Under the pieces are notes generated by a model. The model worked only from the letters and a program-made list of their open reading frames with translations, did no database searches and was not told where the DNA came from. A stretch of DNA of 64,000 bases, from assembly GCF_028641065.1 (NCBI RefSeq), contig NC_073379.1, positions 102,858,001-102,922,000 of the forward strand, given 5' to 3'. Source of the DNA: Leucoraja erinacea (Eukaryota). The position numbers and the translations under genes were made by a program. Shown here piece by piece: positions 12,556 through 24,895 of this stretch. How positions within the stretch are numbered: the stretch's first letter is position 1; every line of letters begins with the position of its first letter.

Positions 12556-14355
12556 GCTTGTTTCCTCACTACATTTACTGCTGGCTCCAGTCGCAAATCT
12601 GAGTTTTCGAGTGATCTGTGCAAGGCATTCATTGATGCTGGAATTCCACTGTGGAAATTGGAAAATATATCTCTCAGTTGTTTTTTTTGAGAAATACACA
12701 GAGGAACCTATACCTAGCAAGTCATCATTATGGAAAGAAATATGTTGACAGCAACTTCAACATTGTTGTGCAGAAAATTAGAGATTAAGTTGCATGCAAC
12801 AAAATATGGATCTCAATAGACGAGACAACCGATGCTGTGGGGAGATATGTTGACAATGTGGTCATTGGTACACTGGAGGCAGGTCAACCAACAAAGGAAT
12901 ATTTGTTGACATCGGAAGTAATGGAGAAGTCAAACAGCTCAACTATTGCTCATTTGTTTACATCCTCATTTGCTGTATTTTGGCCAGAAGGTATAAAACA
13001 CAAGAATGTTCTTCTGTTTGTGATTGATGCAGCTCTGTACATGAAAAAAGCTGCTCGTGCTCTTAAAGTTTTATTCCCCAAAATTTTGCATTTGACATGC
13101 TTAGCTCAAGGACTTCATAGAATTGTCAGGCACATACAAGGCTTGTTTCCAAATGTCAATCGCATAGTTTCCCATGTCAAGAAAATCTTCCTCAAAGCGC
13201 CGTCACGTGTGCAGTTGTTCAAGGAAATGGCACCCGAGATTCCACTACCTCCTCAGCCCGTTTTGACTAGGTGGGGTACATGGCTCTCTGCTGTACTCTA
13301 CTATGCTGCAAATTTTGAAAAGATAAAATAAATCGTCAACTGTTTTGAAGAAGAAGAATCTGCTGCAGTCAGGATCGTCAGTGAAATCATGCCGAAAATG
13401 TCCCTCCATCGCGATCTTGTGTTTATTGCTTCCAATTTTGCAAACTTCCCATAAGCTATCACTTGCCTTGAGAAACTTGGCGAAACATTAGTGAATAACT
13501 TGCAGGTTTTTAACAAAGTAACTGACGATATCTGTAAAATTCCTGGCGATGTCAACAAAATAGAGAGAGTACAGAGGAGATTTACTAGAATGTTGCCTGG
13601 GTTTCAGCAACTAAGTTACAGAGAAAGGTTGAACAAGTTAGGGCTTTATTCTTTGGAGCGCAGAAGGTTAAGGGGGGACTTGATAGAGGTTTTTAAAATG
13701 ATGAGAGGGATAGACAGAGTTGACGTGGAAAAGCTTTTCCCACTGAGAGTAGGGAAGATTCAAACAAGGGGACATGACTTGAGAATTAAGGGACTGAAGT
13801 TTAGGGGTAACATGAGGGGGAACTTCTTTACTCAGAGAGTGGTAGCTGTGTGGAATGAGCTTCCAGTGAAGGTGGTGGAGGCAGGTTCGTTTTTTATCAT
13901 TTAAAAATAAATTGGATAGTTATATGGACGGGAAGGGAATGGAGGGTTATGGTCTGAGCGCAGGTATATGGGACTAGGGGCGATTATGTGTTCGGCACGG
14001 ACTAGAAGGGTCGAGATGGCCTGTTTCCGTGCTGTAATTGTTATATGGTTATATGGTTCTATATGTGGATAAAGATATTCAAGGAAAATGTGAAAGAGTG
14101 ATTTTAGCTAACAATGATCTTGAAGAAATACAAAACATAGCTAAAGTTCTCAAAGATAGTTGTAATGCACAAGATATCAACATGAATATAGAGTCGGTAG
14201 CTTGTTTTGGGTATGCACCAGTGACCTCAGCTGAGGTAGAAAGAAGTTTTTCACAACTGAAGCATATTCTGTCTGACAGACGGCATTGTTTAACACCAGA
14301 TAATTTGAAAAAAATGCTAGTAATTATGTGCAACCAGGCAACTTTGGTCATTTAA
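12556..14355 (+). pseudogene. hAT transposase pseudogene (stops, frameshift, CR1 insertion at about 13548-14062)
   Basis: DLCKAFIDAGIPLWKLEN, IWISIDETTD (D1), FVIDAALYM (D2), TCLAQGLH (CxxH mutated), VLTRWGTW, YAPVTSAEVERSFS (E), ILSDRR; N-terminal zinc finger absent where the PLE sits. Confidence 0.88.
13548..14062 (+). mobile_element. Young CR1 3' fragment inserted in the hAT transposase
   Basis: DVNKIERVQRRFTRMLPG...WNELP; (ttatatgg)n tail; transposase reads IPGD|VDKDIQG across the insertion, with atgt duplicated or microhomologous. Confidence 0.92.
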
Positions 14356-14525
14356 TGTAGAATACTATATATTATCATTTTTAACCATATTTTGATGGTG
14401 GAAATACATGCCTGTTTTGCCTTTTTTTGTCGATTAATGCCTTTTTCGTGTCTTTTTTTAAATTTTATTATGCCTTTTTGCCTGCCTATTTCAGAGTTTT
14501 TTAGCGCCTAAACATCCTGGCTCTA

Positions 14526-15668
14526 GTCAAAAGTGATAGGAGTAGAATTAAGCCATTCGGCCCATCAAGTCTACGCCATTCAATCACGGCTGATCTATCT
14601 TTCCCTCTTAACCGATAGACAGATGTGTACAGCAATTCGTTCTTCCCCCGCACAATTAAAGCATGGAATAATCTCCACCCAACTATAGTTACCCAACCAG
14701 ATGCAACTAAATTTAAAGTAGAACTTTCTTCCCAATAACCCTTTCTGGCTTAATCCCTCCCTTCACCACCTCCAGTTTAAATTCCAGTTGGAATATTTTG
14801 GAGGGCCAAGTAACCAAGAACCAAGAACCAAGAACCCCACTCTCCTGCCATCTCCCCATAATATCTGATACCCAACAAGGTGTTAGTCAAGAATCTATCT
14901 ATTTCTGCCTTAAAATTATCCACTGACTTGGCCTCCACAGCCTTCTGTGGCAAAGAATTCCACGGATTCACCACCCTCTGACTAAAGAAATGTCTCCTGA
15001 TCTCTTTCCTAAAAGAATGTCCTTTAATTCTGAGGCTATGACCTCTAGTCCTAGACTCTCCCACTAATGGAAACATCCTCTCCACATCCACTGTATCCAA
15101 GCCTTTCACTATTCTGTATGTTTCAATGAGGTCCCCCCTCATTCTTCTAAACTCCAGCGAGTAAAGGTCCAGTGCCGACATACGCTCATCATAGGTAAAC
15201 CTCCTCTGGACCCTCTCCAGAACCAGCACATCCTTCCTCAGATATGGTGCCCAAAATTGCTCACAATATTCCAAATGCAGCCTTACCAGCGCCTTATAGA
15301 GCCTCAACATTACATCCCTCTTTTTGTATACAAGCCCTCTTTAAATAAATGCTAGCACTGAGTTTGCTTTCTTTACTACCGATTCGAGTTTTGCAGATAA
15401 ACTTTTTGGGAATCATGCACCAGCACTCCCAAGACCCTTTGCACCTCCGATTTCTGGATTCTCTCCCCATTTAGAAAATAGTCTACGCCTGTATTCCTAC
15501 GACCAAAATGCATGACTCCACACTTTGCTATACTATATTCCTTCTGTCACCTCTCTGCTCGCTCTCCCAACCTGGCCAAGTCCTTCTGCAGAGTCCCTGC
15601 TTTCTCTACACTAGCTGCCCTTCCACCTATTTTCATATCATCTGCAAATTTGGCCGCAAAGCCTTCAA
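14526..15668 (-). mobile_element. CR1 LINE fragment (its tail continues at about 11936-11951, left of the hAT)
   Basis: ORF 14777-15310 LYKALVRLHLEYCEQFWAPYLRKD...; FAAKFADDMKIGG RT motif near 15625-15665; 3' tail split by the hAT. Confidence 0.9.
14614..14836 (+). mobile_element. LINE 3' end of a different CR1/L2-group lineage (Daphne/Kiri-like), inserted in the CR1 3'UTR
   Basis: TDVYSNSFFPRTIKAWNNLHPTIVTQPDATKFKVELSSQ* (stop 14736-14738) and (AACCAAG)n tail; host ttccctcttaacc|ccactctcctgcc rejoins when it is removed. Confidence 0.7.
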
Positions 15669-15739
15669 TATTTAATACCAACAAGCCAATGCATTTCATT
15701 TAAATATTCATATTCATTTCATTAAACAACGTACTAAGA

Positions 15740-16556
15740 AAATGGTGAACAAAGAATGTTGATGAACCTTGGTGTTCAAGCCTATAGTTCCCTAAAGATA
15801 GGAACACATGTAAATAAAGTGGTGAAGAAGGCATATGGCATGCTTCCCATCATATGACAGGGCATTGAACAGATGGATCACAACCTGAAACGTCACCAAT
15901 TCCTTCTCTTCAGAGATGCATCTGTCCTGCTGAGTTACTCCAGCTTTGTGTCTATCTTCCTTAGAACATATGAGTTGGAATGTTATGTTGAAACCTAACA
16001 AAACACTGCTTATGCCACACTTGGAATATTGAGTGCACTTCTGGTCACCATACAATAGGGAAGATGTAGTCTCGCTGGAGAGAGTGCAAAGGAGATTTAG
16101 CTGGATGTTGTCTGCAGTAGAGAACTTTTGTTATGGCAAGAGATTGGATAGACTAGATTTGTTTTGCTGGAGTGAAGAAGGCTGAGGAATGACTTGTTAG
16201 AGGCATATAGATTATAAATAGCAATTACAGAATAGATAACAGAGTCATTTTTTTATCATTGTACCATTATGAAAAATAAGATGGCTTAGGTTTAATGTGA
16301 GACATAAGATTTTTGTAGGGAAAGTTTTGTAGACAGAATGTGGTTTATATATGGAACATGTTGCAGGGGAGGCAGTGGAATCAGATACCATCACTAAGTT
16401 TAAGAGACATTTCACAGGCATATAAGTAGACAAGACAAAGAAGGACATAGACCTAATGTGGGCAAATTAAATTCGTGTAGATGGGCAAAAAGGTCACCAT
16501 ACACATGGCAGAGCTAAATGGCTATGTTTACGGTAATGTATATCTATGATTCTATA
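15740..16556 (+). mobile_element. Old CR1 3' half (outermost layer of nested cluster, right half)
   Basis: Degenerate LGVQ-----K----VNKVVKKAYGML...PHLEY--HFWSPY; ctatgattcta tail. Confidence 0.75.
15872..15962 (+). mobile_element. Truncated PLE pseudo-LTR fragment
   Basis: cctgaaacgtcaccaattccttctcttcagagatgc...gctgagttactccagc; same family as 12262-12551, retaining only the GAAACGUC half of the hammerhead. Confidence 0.65.
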
Positions 16557-18083
16557 AAACAAAATTATCTTTATTGAGGTGAATATTTGGTCAAAAATGA
16601 TATTGCAGGTTTGTTATTAATTATTATTAAAGATAATATGCAAAATGCTATCAACTAATTAAGTTCAATGAACTAATTACGTTCATATATTTTTCTTAAA
16701 TCATGAAAGGAAAATACACTTTTCCTTAAAAATGTAGATGTCCTTTAAGTGGTGCATGATGATGAGTCAAAAGTGATTTGAAATGTGATCAACTTTAACG
16801 TAATGAGTCTGTTCTGTTTACACGACTGCTCTTTGTGCATTCCAGACTTCTTGGAGACATTTTTCACCGGGAATTCGACAGAGTGATCATGATTTGATCC
16901 TTTAGAAACTGTGTGCATGATGATTTACAACACAGTTCACTGCAGATCTGTGAAGGCTGGATATGCTTATATGTTCTGCCCTACAGAAAATAGTAGGGAG
17001 CTCTAAATTGGATATAAATTATAAATAATTTGAAAGAACCAAATTAAAAATGATCACACTTTGAGAACTAGTAGAAGTAAAATATGTAGCTCTGGGTTGA
17101 TTATGTCAAGATTGTCCAAAGGCAGTGACCAAGTGTCCATAAAATCCTAAATGGTTGAACTGATCCCCCCCCTTTTTTTTCAGTACTGTTCATTAATATG
17201 GGCTAGCAAAAGGTCAATTTAATAACCAGAAGGTCAACACATGCACCATTGGTGTATGGATGTTTATAGAACTGTAAAGTCATAAAAAAAAATGTAACCC
17301 TGAGGGTGGGTGACTTGAAACGGAAAGAAAAATATCACCTGCAACGGTTTCTTTCTGAACCCACACACAATCAATTTCACACAAGTGTTTAACCCAAAAT
17401 CCATCATTATGCAAATAGAAATGATAAAATTCTTGCAATGTGATGCCTTAATATTAGCTTTCAGAGTGATGTCTACCTCCTACAGACTATTTTGAAATAT
17501 AATCTATATTTTCTATTGATTATTTCCATGCAGCTTTAAAAAAAAAACTAACTTAGGGTTAAGTTGGGTTCTCGCTTTGTACTGACATAATGAAATGAGC
17601 ATCAATAAAGCAATGTATAATTCTTAGGTGCTGATGAGGATTAATTTTAATACGGCTCTCTTTACATTGCCTATTCTGCTACTCCTTCCACACATTCATG
17701 GTTAATTTGTTTTAGCTATCTATTAATTCCTGTTAATATACCACAGAAACCTCCAGAAACATAATATGGAAAATTATAGAAATCTTGTTGCATTATAGTA
17801 TTTTTGTATTTTGTGTTATTCATTTAAGGGATGATTTGCATAATCCTAAAGATTACAAAATATAAATATTTTCCTTAAATTTTTCATCCAAAAAAGATAT
17901 GCAGGGTTCTACATCATTCATTTGTCTCCAAATAATAACTGTAAAAGAGTTACCAACCAAAGGAAAATAGTCATGGTAATTAACTAATGTTGTTCAAATG
18001 CTACAAATGTGCATATGGTCAAGAAAAATAATCACTTCAGAAAAATAATTTAAGTTTTACTTAAATAGGTATCAGATTCCATT

Positions 18084-18123
18084 TAAGTTTCACTTAAGTC
18101 ATCTAAGTTTCACTTAAGTCATC
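18084..18123. repeat. Perfect 20-bp tandem duplication
   Basis: taagtttcacttaagtcatc x2. Confidence 0.9.
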
Positions 18124-18495
18124 TATCAAAATCAGAAGTTATATCTGTAATATATTTTTGATAGAAGTTACCAAATGTCAAGTCCGAATAAATGCTGCCC
18201 AGAAATATTATCTTTCTGATACACTGGAATTTATCAGAAATCTAATATGTCCCATTCTTACCTTTTTCAAATCAAGAAATATTTTATATAGAGAATGATG
18301 GGTTGGTTATAAATAATAAATGTTGAGATTTGGATGGACATTGCCGGTCCAACTCTTGTATATTCTATATTATTGATGCACGATAATTATTCCTAATGAA
18401 TCACTAATTATTGTGACATCATTACTGACAGCCTAGTAATTATGTGCAGTTGATCATGTGCAGTTGATTATGGGGATATTTTATTTGTAACAATG

Positions 18496-19545
18496 TAGGT
18501 ATGTTGCAAAGTGTTGTAGAGCAGAGCAGAAGGTCGCTGAAAATCTGTCCCAGCCCGTGTGCGCGATTTTGGCGCCGTTTAGAGGGGGGCGGGTTTAAAA
18601 CGCGATTTTCCCTAGGCTGTTCAAATCGAGGATGTTCAGCCTAGTTAATTATTAATGAAAAATCGCTGGAAGATTCCATCGCTTGAGCTATTATTAGTTT
18701 TAAGGGCTTTATTTACTTGTTATAGTAGGTTAAAAATTAACCTATAAACCCGCGACCGCCGACAACGGGCCGGATCTCATGCAGGGGAAAACGGAAGGAA
18801 GGCTGTTTATTTTTACGTTAAAAAGGGTTTCTTAAGATCCCTTTATACAAAGTTTAATGTTGCGAGTAGCTAATTTGGGGCCCATTATATCCCGCAGTAT
18901 TTTTCTGGGCATTTGAGGGCACAAATCTACCGCAATGTGAACGTTCTAAACCAGCGCGTTCACAGGATCCCACTGGAAAGCTGATTTAAATGGAAATTAA
19001 TTTACAGCAATTGAACACTAAATTCCTTCCATTTGGCCTATAAACTAATGTATATGAGATTTAAAAATCATGCTTTATTGTGAATTATTTGTGAATATTA
19101 TTTGGACACTTAGGCTATTTAAAAGTGTTAATCATTTATTAAGAAATGGATAGATGTTTAGATCTAGTAATTGAAGTTTGGAATTAGCTACAATTGGGTA
19201 ACTAACTAATTATATGCTTTAATTTCAGGTCATCCAAGTAAGATTATTTTATATTTGTTTCAGAATGCTTCAATCTATGATAACTGAAAATTTTATTCAG
19301 TTCTCTTACTTTTTAAGAAAGTTATGGGCTTTTGACTGTCCACGATCACAGCTTTTTTGTTATGTCCATAGAAAATCAATAGGAAACAAGATGCTAATTT
19401 CCGAGTATGAAAATGGCCATAACTTTTTAAATACTTGAGATATGAAAGTGAATTAGGTGCCAAATTAAACTTATTTTTATGCTTTATGTGATGGGATAAA
19501 TTGCAGACTTGATTTTTTAAATCTCAAAATGTTGTAACATTGCTA
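18496..19545. mobile_element. Non-autonomous DNA transposon, about 1.05 kb (hAT-like termini)
   Basis: Imperfect TIRs TAGGTATGTTGCAA / TTGTAACATTGCTA; exact flanking duplication AACAATG at 18489-18495 and 19546-19552; CpG-rich left part; no ORF. Confidence 0.7.
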
Positions 19546-19690
19546 AACAATGTATTACAAATATTTGATACAGTATACCAAGGCATTAACAACCCTAAGC
19601 TAAAACGTTCCGTGCATTACTGATGCCCTGTGAAATTTTAACACTGGACTGTTAAATGTTGATTTCTTGCAACTTAGTTAGCCAAAAAAA

Positions 19691-22072
19691 CATAGTCATA
19701 GAGTGATACAGTATGGAAACAGGCCCTTCGGCCCAACTCGCCCCTCACCTCAGAGCATTGAGTATAGAAGTTGGGAAATGTTAAAAGTACAAGGCATTGG
19801 TGAGGCCAATTCTGGAGCACTACAATTTTGGTCGCCCAATTATTGTCAACAAAATAGAGAGAGTACAGAGGAGATTTACTAGAATGTTTGCCTGGGTTTC
19901 AGCAACTTGGTCCATATCCCTCCTTTGGAGCGCAGAAGGTTAAGGGGGGACTTGATAGAGGTTTTTAAAATGATAGACCGTGGAAAAGCTTTTCCCACTG
20001 AGAGTAGGGAAGATTCAAACAAGGGGTCATAACATGAGAATTAAGGGACTGTTTTAGGGGTAACATGAGGGGGAAACAGAGAGTGGTAGCTGTGTGGATG
20101 AGTCCCAGTGAAGGTGGTGGAGCAGGTTCGTTTTTATCATTTTAAAATAAATTGGATAGTTATATGGATGGGAAGGGAATGGAGGGTTACTGAGCGCAGG
20201 TATTGGCAGGGCTTGTTCCATACGAGATGGCCCACCGTGCTGTAATTGTTATATGTTATAAAAGCTGCACTAGTCCCACCCTGCGCGGATATCCTAAACC
20301 TGTTAAACCTGTCTAACTGTTTCTTAAACCCATCAACTATGTCCTTGCAACCTGTGTCCTTTGTATGGTCCTCGGATTCCTATTAAATCTTTTCCCCATC
20401 ACCTTGAACCTGTGTCCTCTGGTGCTCGATTCCTCTACTCTGTGCAAAAGACTGTGGATCTACCCGATCTATTCCTCTCATAATTTTGTATACCTCTATA
20501 AAATCCTTCATCCTCTTGCGCTCTATGGAATAGAGACCCAGTGTACTCAATCTCTCCTTACAGCTCACACCCTCTAGTCCTGGCAACATCCTTGTAAATC
20601 TTTTCTGAATCCTTTCAAGCTCGAGAATATGTTTCCTATAACATGGCCAGAACTGAGCACAATATTCTAAATGCCATCTCACCAACGTCTTAGACAACTG
20701 AAACATGATCTCCCAACTACTTTACTCAATATTCTGACCGATGAAGGCCAAAGTGCCAAAAGCCTTTTTGACCACCTTATCTACCTGCGACTCGATCTTC
20801 AAGGAACCATGCACCTGTACTCCTAGATACCTCTGCTCTACAACACTATCCAGAGGCCTACCATATACTACCACATCTGCAAAACCATTCACTTTTGTAT
20901 CATCAGCAAACTTGCTAATCTTGCTCTGTATGTTCTCATCCAAATCATTGATGTAGATGTCAAACAGTAACGGGCCAATTTGCTATCCATTCAGCTATCT
21001 TTCCGTGGATCCCATGCGATCTAACATTCCAGAGCAGCCTACCATGCGGATCCTTGTCGAGTGCCTTACTGAAGTCCAGAGCTCTGCCCTCATCAACCTT
21101 TTTGGTCATCTTCAAGAAATTCAATCAGATTTATGAGACACGACCTTTTACGTACAAAACCATGCTAACTATCCCTAATCGACCCTTGCCATCCAAATGC
21201 CTGTATATCCTATCCCTCAGAATACTCTCCAGTATCTTACCAACTACAGATGTTAAACTCACCGGCCTATAGTTCCCAGCATTTTCCCTGCAACCCTTCT
21301 TGAAAAGAGGCACAACATTTGCCACCCTCCAGTCTACCGGCACCTCTCCTGTATTTAAGGACGACTCATAAATCTCAACCAGGGCTCCCGCAATTTCCAC
21401 TCTAGTTTCCCGCAATGTCCTAGGATATATCTGATCAGGCCCTGGAGTTTTGTCTACCTTCAAACACGACAGTGCCTTCAGTACTTTGACGGTAACACTG
21501 ACTGCTCTCAAGACACTTCCAGTAACTGCTCCAATTTCCATCGTCCTACTGTCTTTCTCCTCGGTAAAAACAGAGGAGAAATACTCATTTAGTACCTTGA
21601 CCATCTCCTGTGGCTCCACACAGAGGTGGCCGCTTTGATTCCTGAGAGGTCCCACTCTCTTTCTGGTTATCCTTTTCCCCCCTTATGTATTTATAAAATA
21701 TTTTGGGATTGTCCATAATGCTACCTGCCAGAGCTGTCTCCTGGCCCATTTTTGCCCTTCTGACTTCCTTTTTTAGTTTACTCTTAGTTCCCGATACTCC
21801 CCCAGGGATGCACTTGATCCCAGCTACCTATACCTATTGCATGCATCCTTCTTGTTTTAGACTAATGACTCAATTTCCCTCGTCAGCCAAGCTTCCTTAC
21901 GTTTGCCTGCTTTGCCCTTCACTCTAACGGGTTCATACACATCCTCAACTTTCTTCAGTACATTTTTAGAAACATCCCACTTGGCCGATGTTCCTTTCCT
22001 CTCAAATAACCTGCTCCAGTAAACTTGAGTGAGACCTTCTCGCATACTCTCAAAGTTGGCCTTATCCCAGTT
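19691..22072 (-). mobile_element. CR1 LINE with internal deletions (ORF2 RT region)
   Basis: Minus-strand ORFs: LNEYFSSVFT...DWRVANVVPLFKKG...NYRPVSLTSVVGKILE; ISKFADDTKV; HLEYCAQFW; catagtcatag tail at the left. Confidence 0.9.
19750..20260 (+). mobile_element. Garbled copy of the young CR1 subfamily seen at 13548-14062
   Basis: Long exact matches to the 13.5-kb copy broken by many small deletions and by interleaved host-CR1 snippets. Confidence 0.75.
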
Positions 22073-24895
22073 AAACAGATGCCTTATTTAATGTTGAAAC
22101 TAATCATAATCTAACTTAATATCTCAATTGCTCCTCAGGTCAATATTGTTTTTGTGTGGCCCAATCACATGTATCACGGATGTGCACATGCTTATATAAA
22201 TCTTGTATTCTGCTTCTGAAATTACACTCTGTAGTTTTAAAATGTTTAATTTACTATTTTCTACAGCCAAAAATCAACATTGTTCAAGAGAGTGGCAATT
22301 TTCCCCAAGTCCTTTCTCAATCCTATCTTTGAACCAACCAACAACTGGTATATGGGAATGACTCGGGGATACTTCTTGTGATGTTCCAAATGTTCTCCTT
22401 TTTCCTGTCCTAAGTGTGAAGTTCACATAACCTCTGATTATTTGCGTTCATAAAGTTGAGATGAACAATTCAGTAAATTTAAGAGTTAAGTTCTATCCAG
22501 TCACCACATACCAATCTTTGATGGTATTTTTTTTTAAATGTTCTGAGCATTTTGTTTAGCAAGGTTATCATCTTGACTTTACTTAAATGTATTAATTCTG
22601 CCTTGGTAGTTAACTTTACTGAATCACTGTATAATCTCCTTTTGATTCATCTTTCTGTGATGCAGTACCAATGGGTTCCTTTTTCATGTCATGTACTTGT
22701 CAGTTTTAAACAATACCTTTCCTGTTGTTTCATTTTTGATATGCTGTGCAGTTTTCTTTTTGTAATTACCAGTGACATGTGGTCTGTGTTTGGTTCAACA
22801 AATTTTTGGATAAACCTTGGTCTGATTCGTAAATTGATCATGCAGATTAATCACTGAGAAAACCTGCTTTGATTTTTCAAGCATTGAGTCCTTGACACGT
22901 ACATCCTGTATCACACCTGTAAGCAATAGACAGAATCACTTGCTTTTGCTAAGTGATGCTTGTCTAGTAGTTTGCCAACCAGACCTTATATAGTCCAGCA
23001 TCTGTTCACAGGAATTGACCCACAGTCTAGTTTTTTACAGTCTTAATTGATGGGGCAGCTTGATATGCCACTCACCAAACCTGGTATGTCAGACAACACT
23101 ACCACCTTTCCGAAAGGTGACCTTTTACCAGAGAATTGTACTTTAACCTAAATAGCCAATCTAAACTATACCTAGATTGAGAAATGTTCCTATGAAACTG
23201 CATGCTATCACAATTAGAAACCAGTATTTGCATTTATTTCGCTTAGAGGATGCAAATGACATTGGCAATACCATCATTCATTGTCCATCCCCATTTTCAC
23301 TTGAACTGAAAAGGAATTTCAGAAAGTATCAATTGGGTGGGCCTGGAGTTCTGGTAAAGAATTACAAAATTCCTCACCTGAAGGACGTTCGCGAATCAGA
23401 TGTGTTCTGACAACAAGACAGCAATGTTGTGTTTACCTTTCCTGCAACCATGTCTCTGGGCCAATGGTCCCAAAATGTGATAGATACCCCTGTCACCTAA
23501 TCTTACTAACTGTATTTGTAAATGGTGTCCCTTAGAGGAGTACTATCGTTTATTTCTTATATTCAATGCTATTGAGAAGTACATGGTTGAATATGTTAAT
23601 GGCATTAAGCTAAAGGAAATTTTCCATTTTATTTCACAAAATACACAAATGCTGAAAATGTAGCAAGATCTGTCACCATGCAAACCATGTGGTATAGCTA
23701 CTTGTATTTGATAAATAAATATAAACAAAATGCATATGGCTATGCCATCCTCAGCTCTGGAAATAAGGCATGGTATGCATATTTGTTGGTGAAAATTGAA
23801 TGCTAATAAATGGAGAAGCAGTTTTCCAGTAAATGTGATGCCTCATCAGAACTATCTATACTTGTGCCAGGTTTTCCGTAAACTACAGATAGAAATAGTC
23901 AATTTGCTAATCTTTCTGTCACAGCCCATTTAATAATTCATTGGTGACATGATACACAAAACGGAAAACAGTTATGAAAATCCTTTGTTTAACACAAAAG
24001 TAATTACAGTTTAAGAATATGCTTCTGTCTCTAGATGGATCTTGGCTGTGTAATGGCCAAATTGCATGTTCAACCATTAAAGCTGATAATTACAAGTCAT
24101 TTTATGCTTGAATCAAGATTTTGTATTTCACATCTATTTTTGAACCAATGATCTAATATGGGTGAAAGGAGAATGGTTTGTTCCACTGCATTTGGGGTGA
24201 ACCTCTGCCTAGATAAGGCACATATAAAAGGGTGCAGTGTCAATTGAACTATGTGGTATTGTGAAATAAGCATGAAAAAACAAGAGTTCCACTATATTTC
24301 CCTCCAGCATCCCTCCTTGCTAAGCCCCAGCAAATTTCAAATCTAAGATTTCTTCAAGGCCACTTTGGTGATATCCAACGACAAAGAGTATGTTGTTGAT
24401 TTCACTTGGAATCCCTTGCATTCTTACATTGAGTAAAATGACAATATGTACCTTCATTTTCTGAAGTTGACTTTCTGAACTGGCTTGAAGTCTATACATT
24501 TCATTGCCCTCTAAGTTTCAGACTTGGCTGACCTGCTGCAAATTCACCACTGGATCTTCACAGCACTAGTGTAATGTGTCATCTAAATCTGGTTCTGAGA
24601 GCCCAACTGGCAGTAGTTGTTTATATTTTTGTAGGCTGCTCCAGAGGGAAATTTAGACTTTCAGATGCAATATATCCAGGACAGTTATTCCTGGATGGGT
24701 TACAATGAAGAGCATATTTTGTTAAAAAATAAGCAACCAGTAAGTCAAATGGTGATGTTCTTTTAAAAGCAAGTCTTTATTTTTTCCTTATCATGATTTT
24801 TTCCCTATAACAAACCACAATTACCTGTATGTAACTGTATCGCTTAAGCCATGGATATAGACATTAACTTTATTCCTTTTTTCACTCATTTATAG

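Larger units (their letters stand above)
11952..14525 (+). mobile_element. hAT DNA transposon (CGGBP/DUF659-type), interrupted by Penelope and CR1 insertions
   Basis: Perfect 12-bp TIRs TAGAGCCAGGAT / ATCCTGGCTCTA; 8-bp TSD gtcataag (11944-11951) / gtcaaaag (14526-14533), 7/8 match; GCCTTTTT subterminal repeats at both ends. Confidence 0.9.
1..24895 (+). other. FAM172A: Last intron of FAM172A/ARB2A (start lies outside the window)
   Basis: Ends in a polypyrimidine tract plus TAG acceptor immediately before the FAM172A terminal exon; no convincing penultimate exon found upstream in the window. Confidence 0.7.

Noticed and set aside
17631-17660. CTGATGA followed by an AT-rich stem as a hammerhead
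   Set aside because: No GAAA box after the stem.
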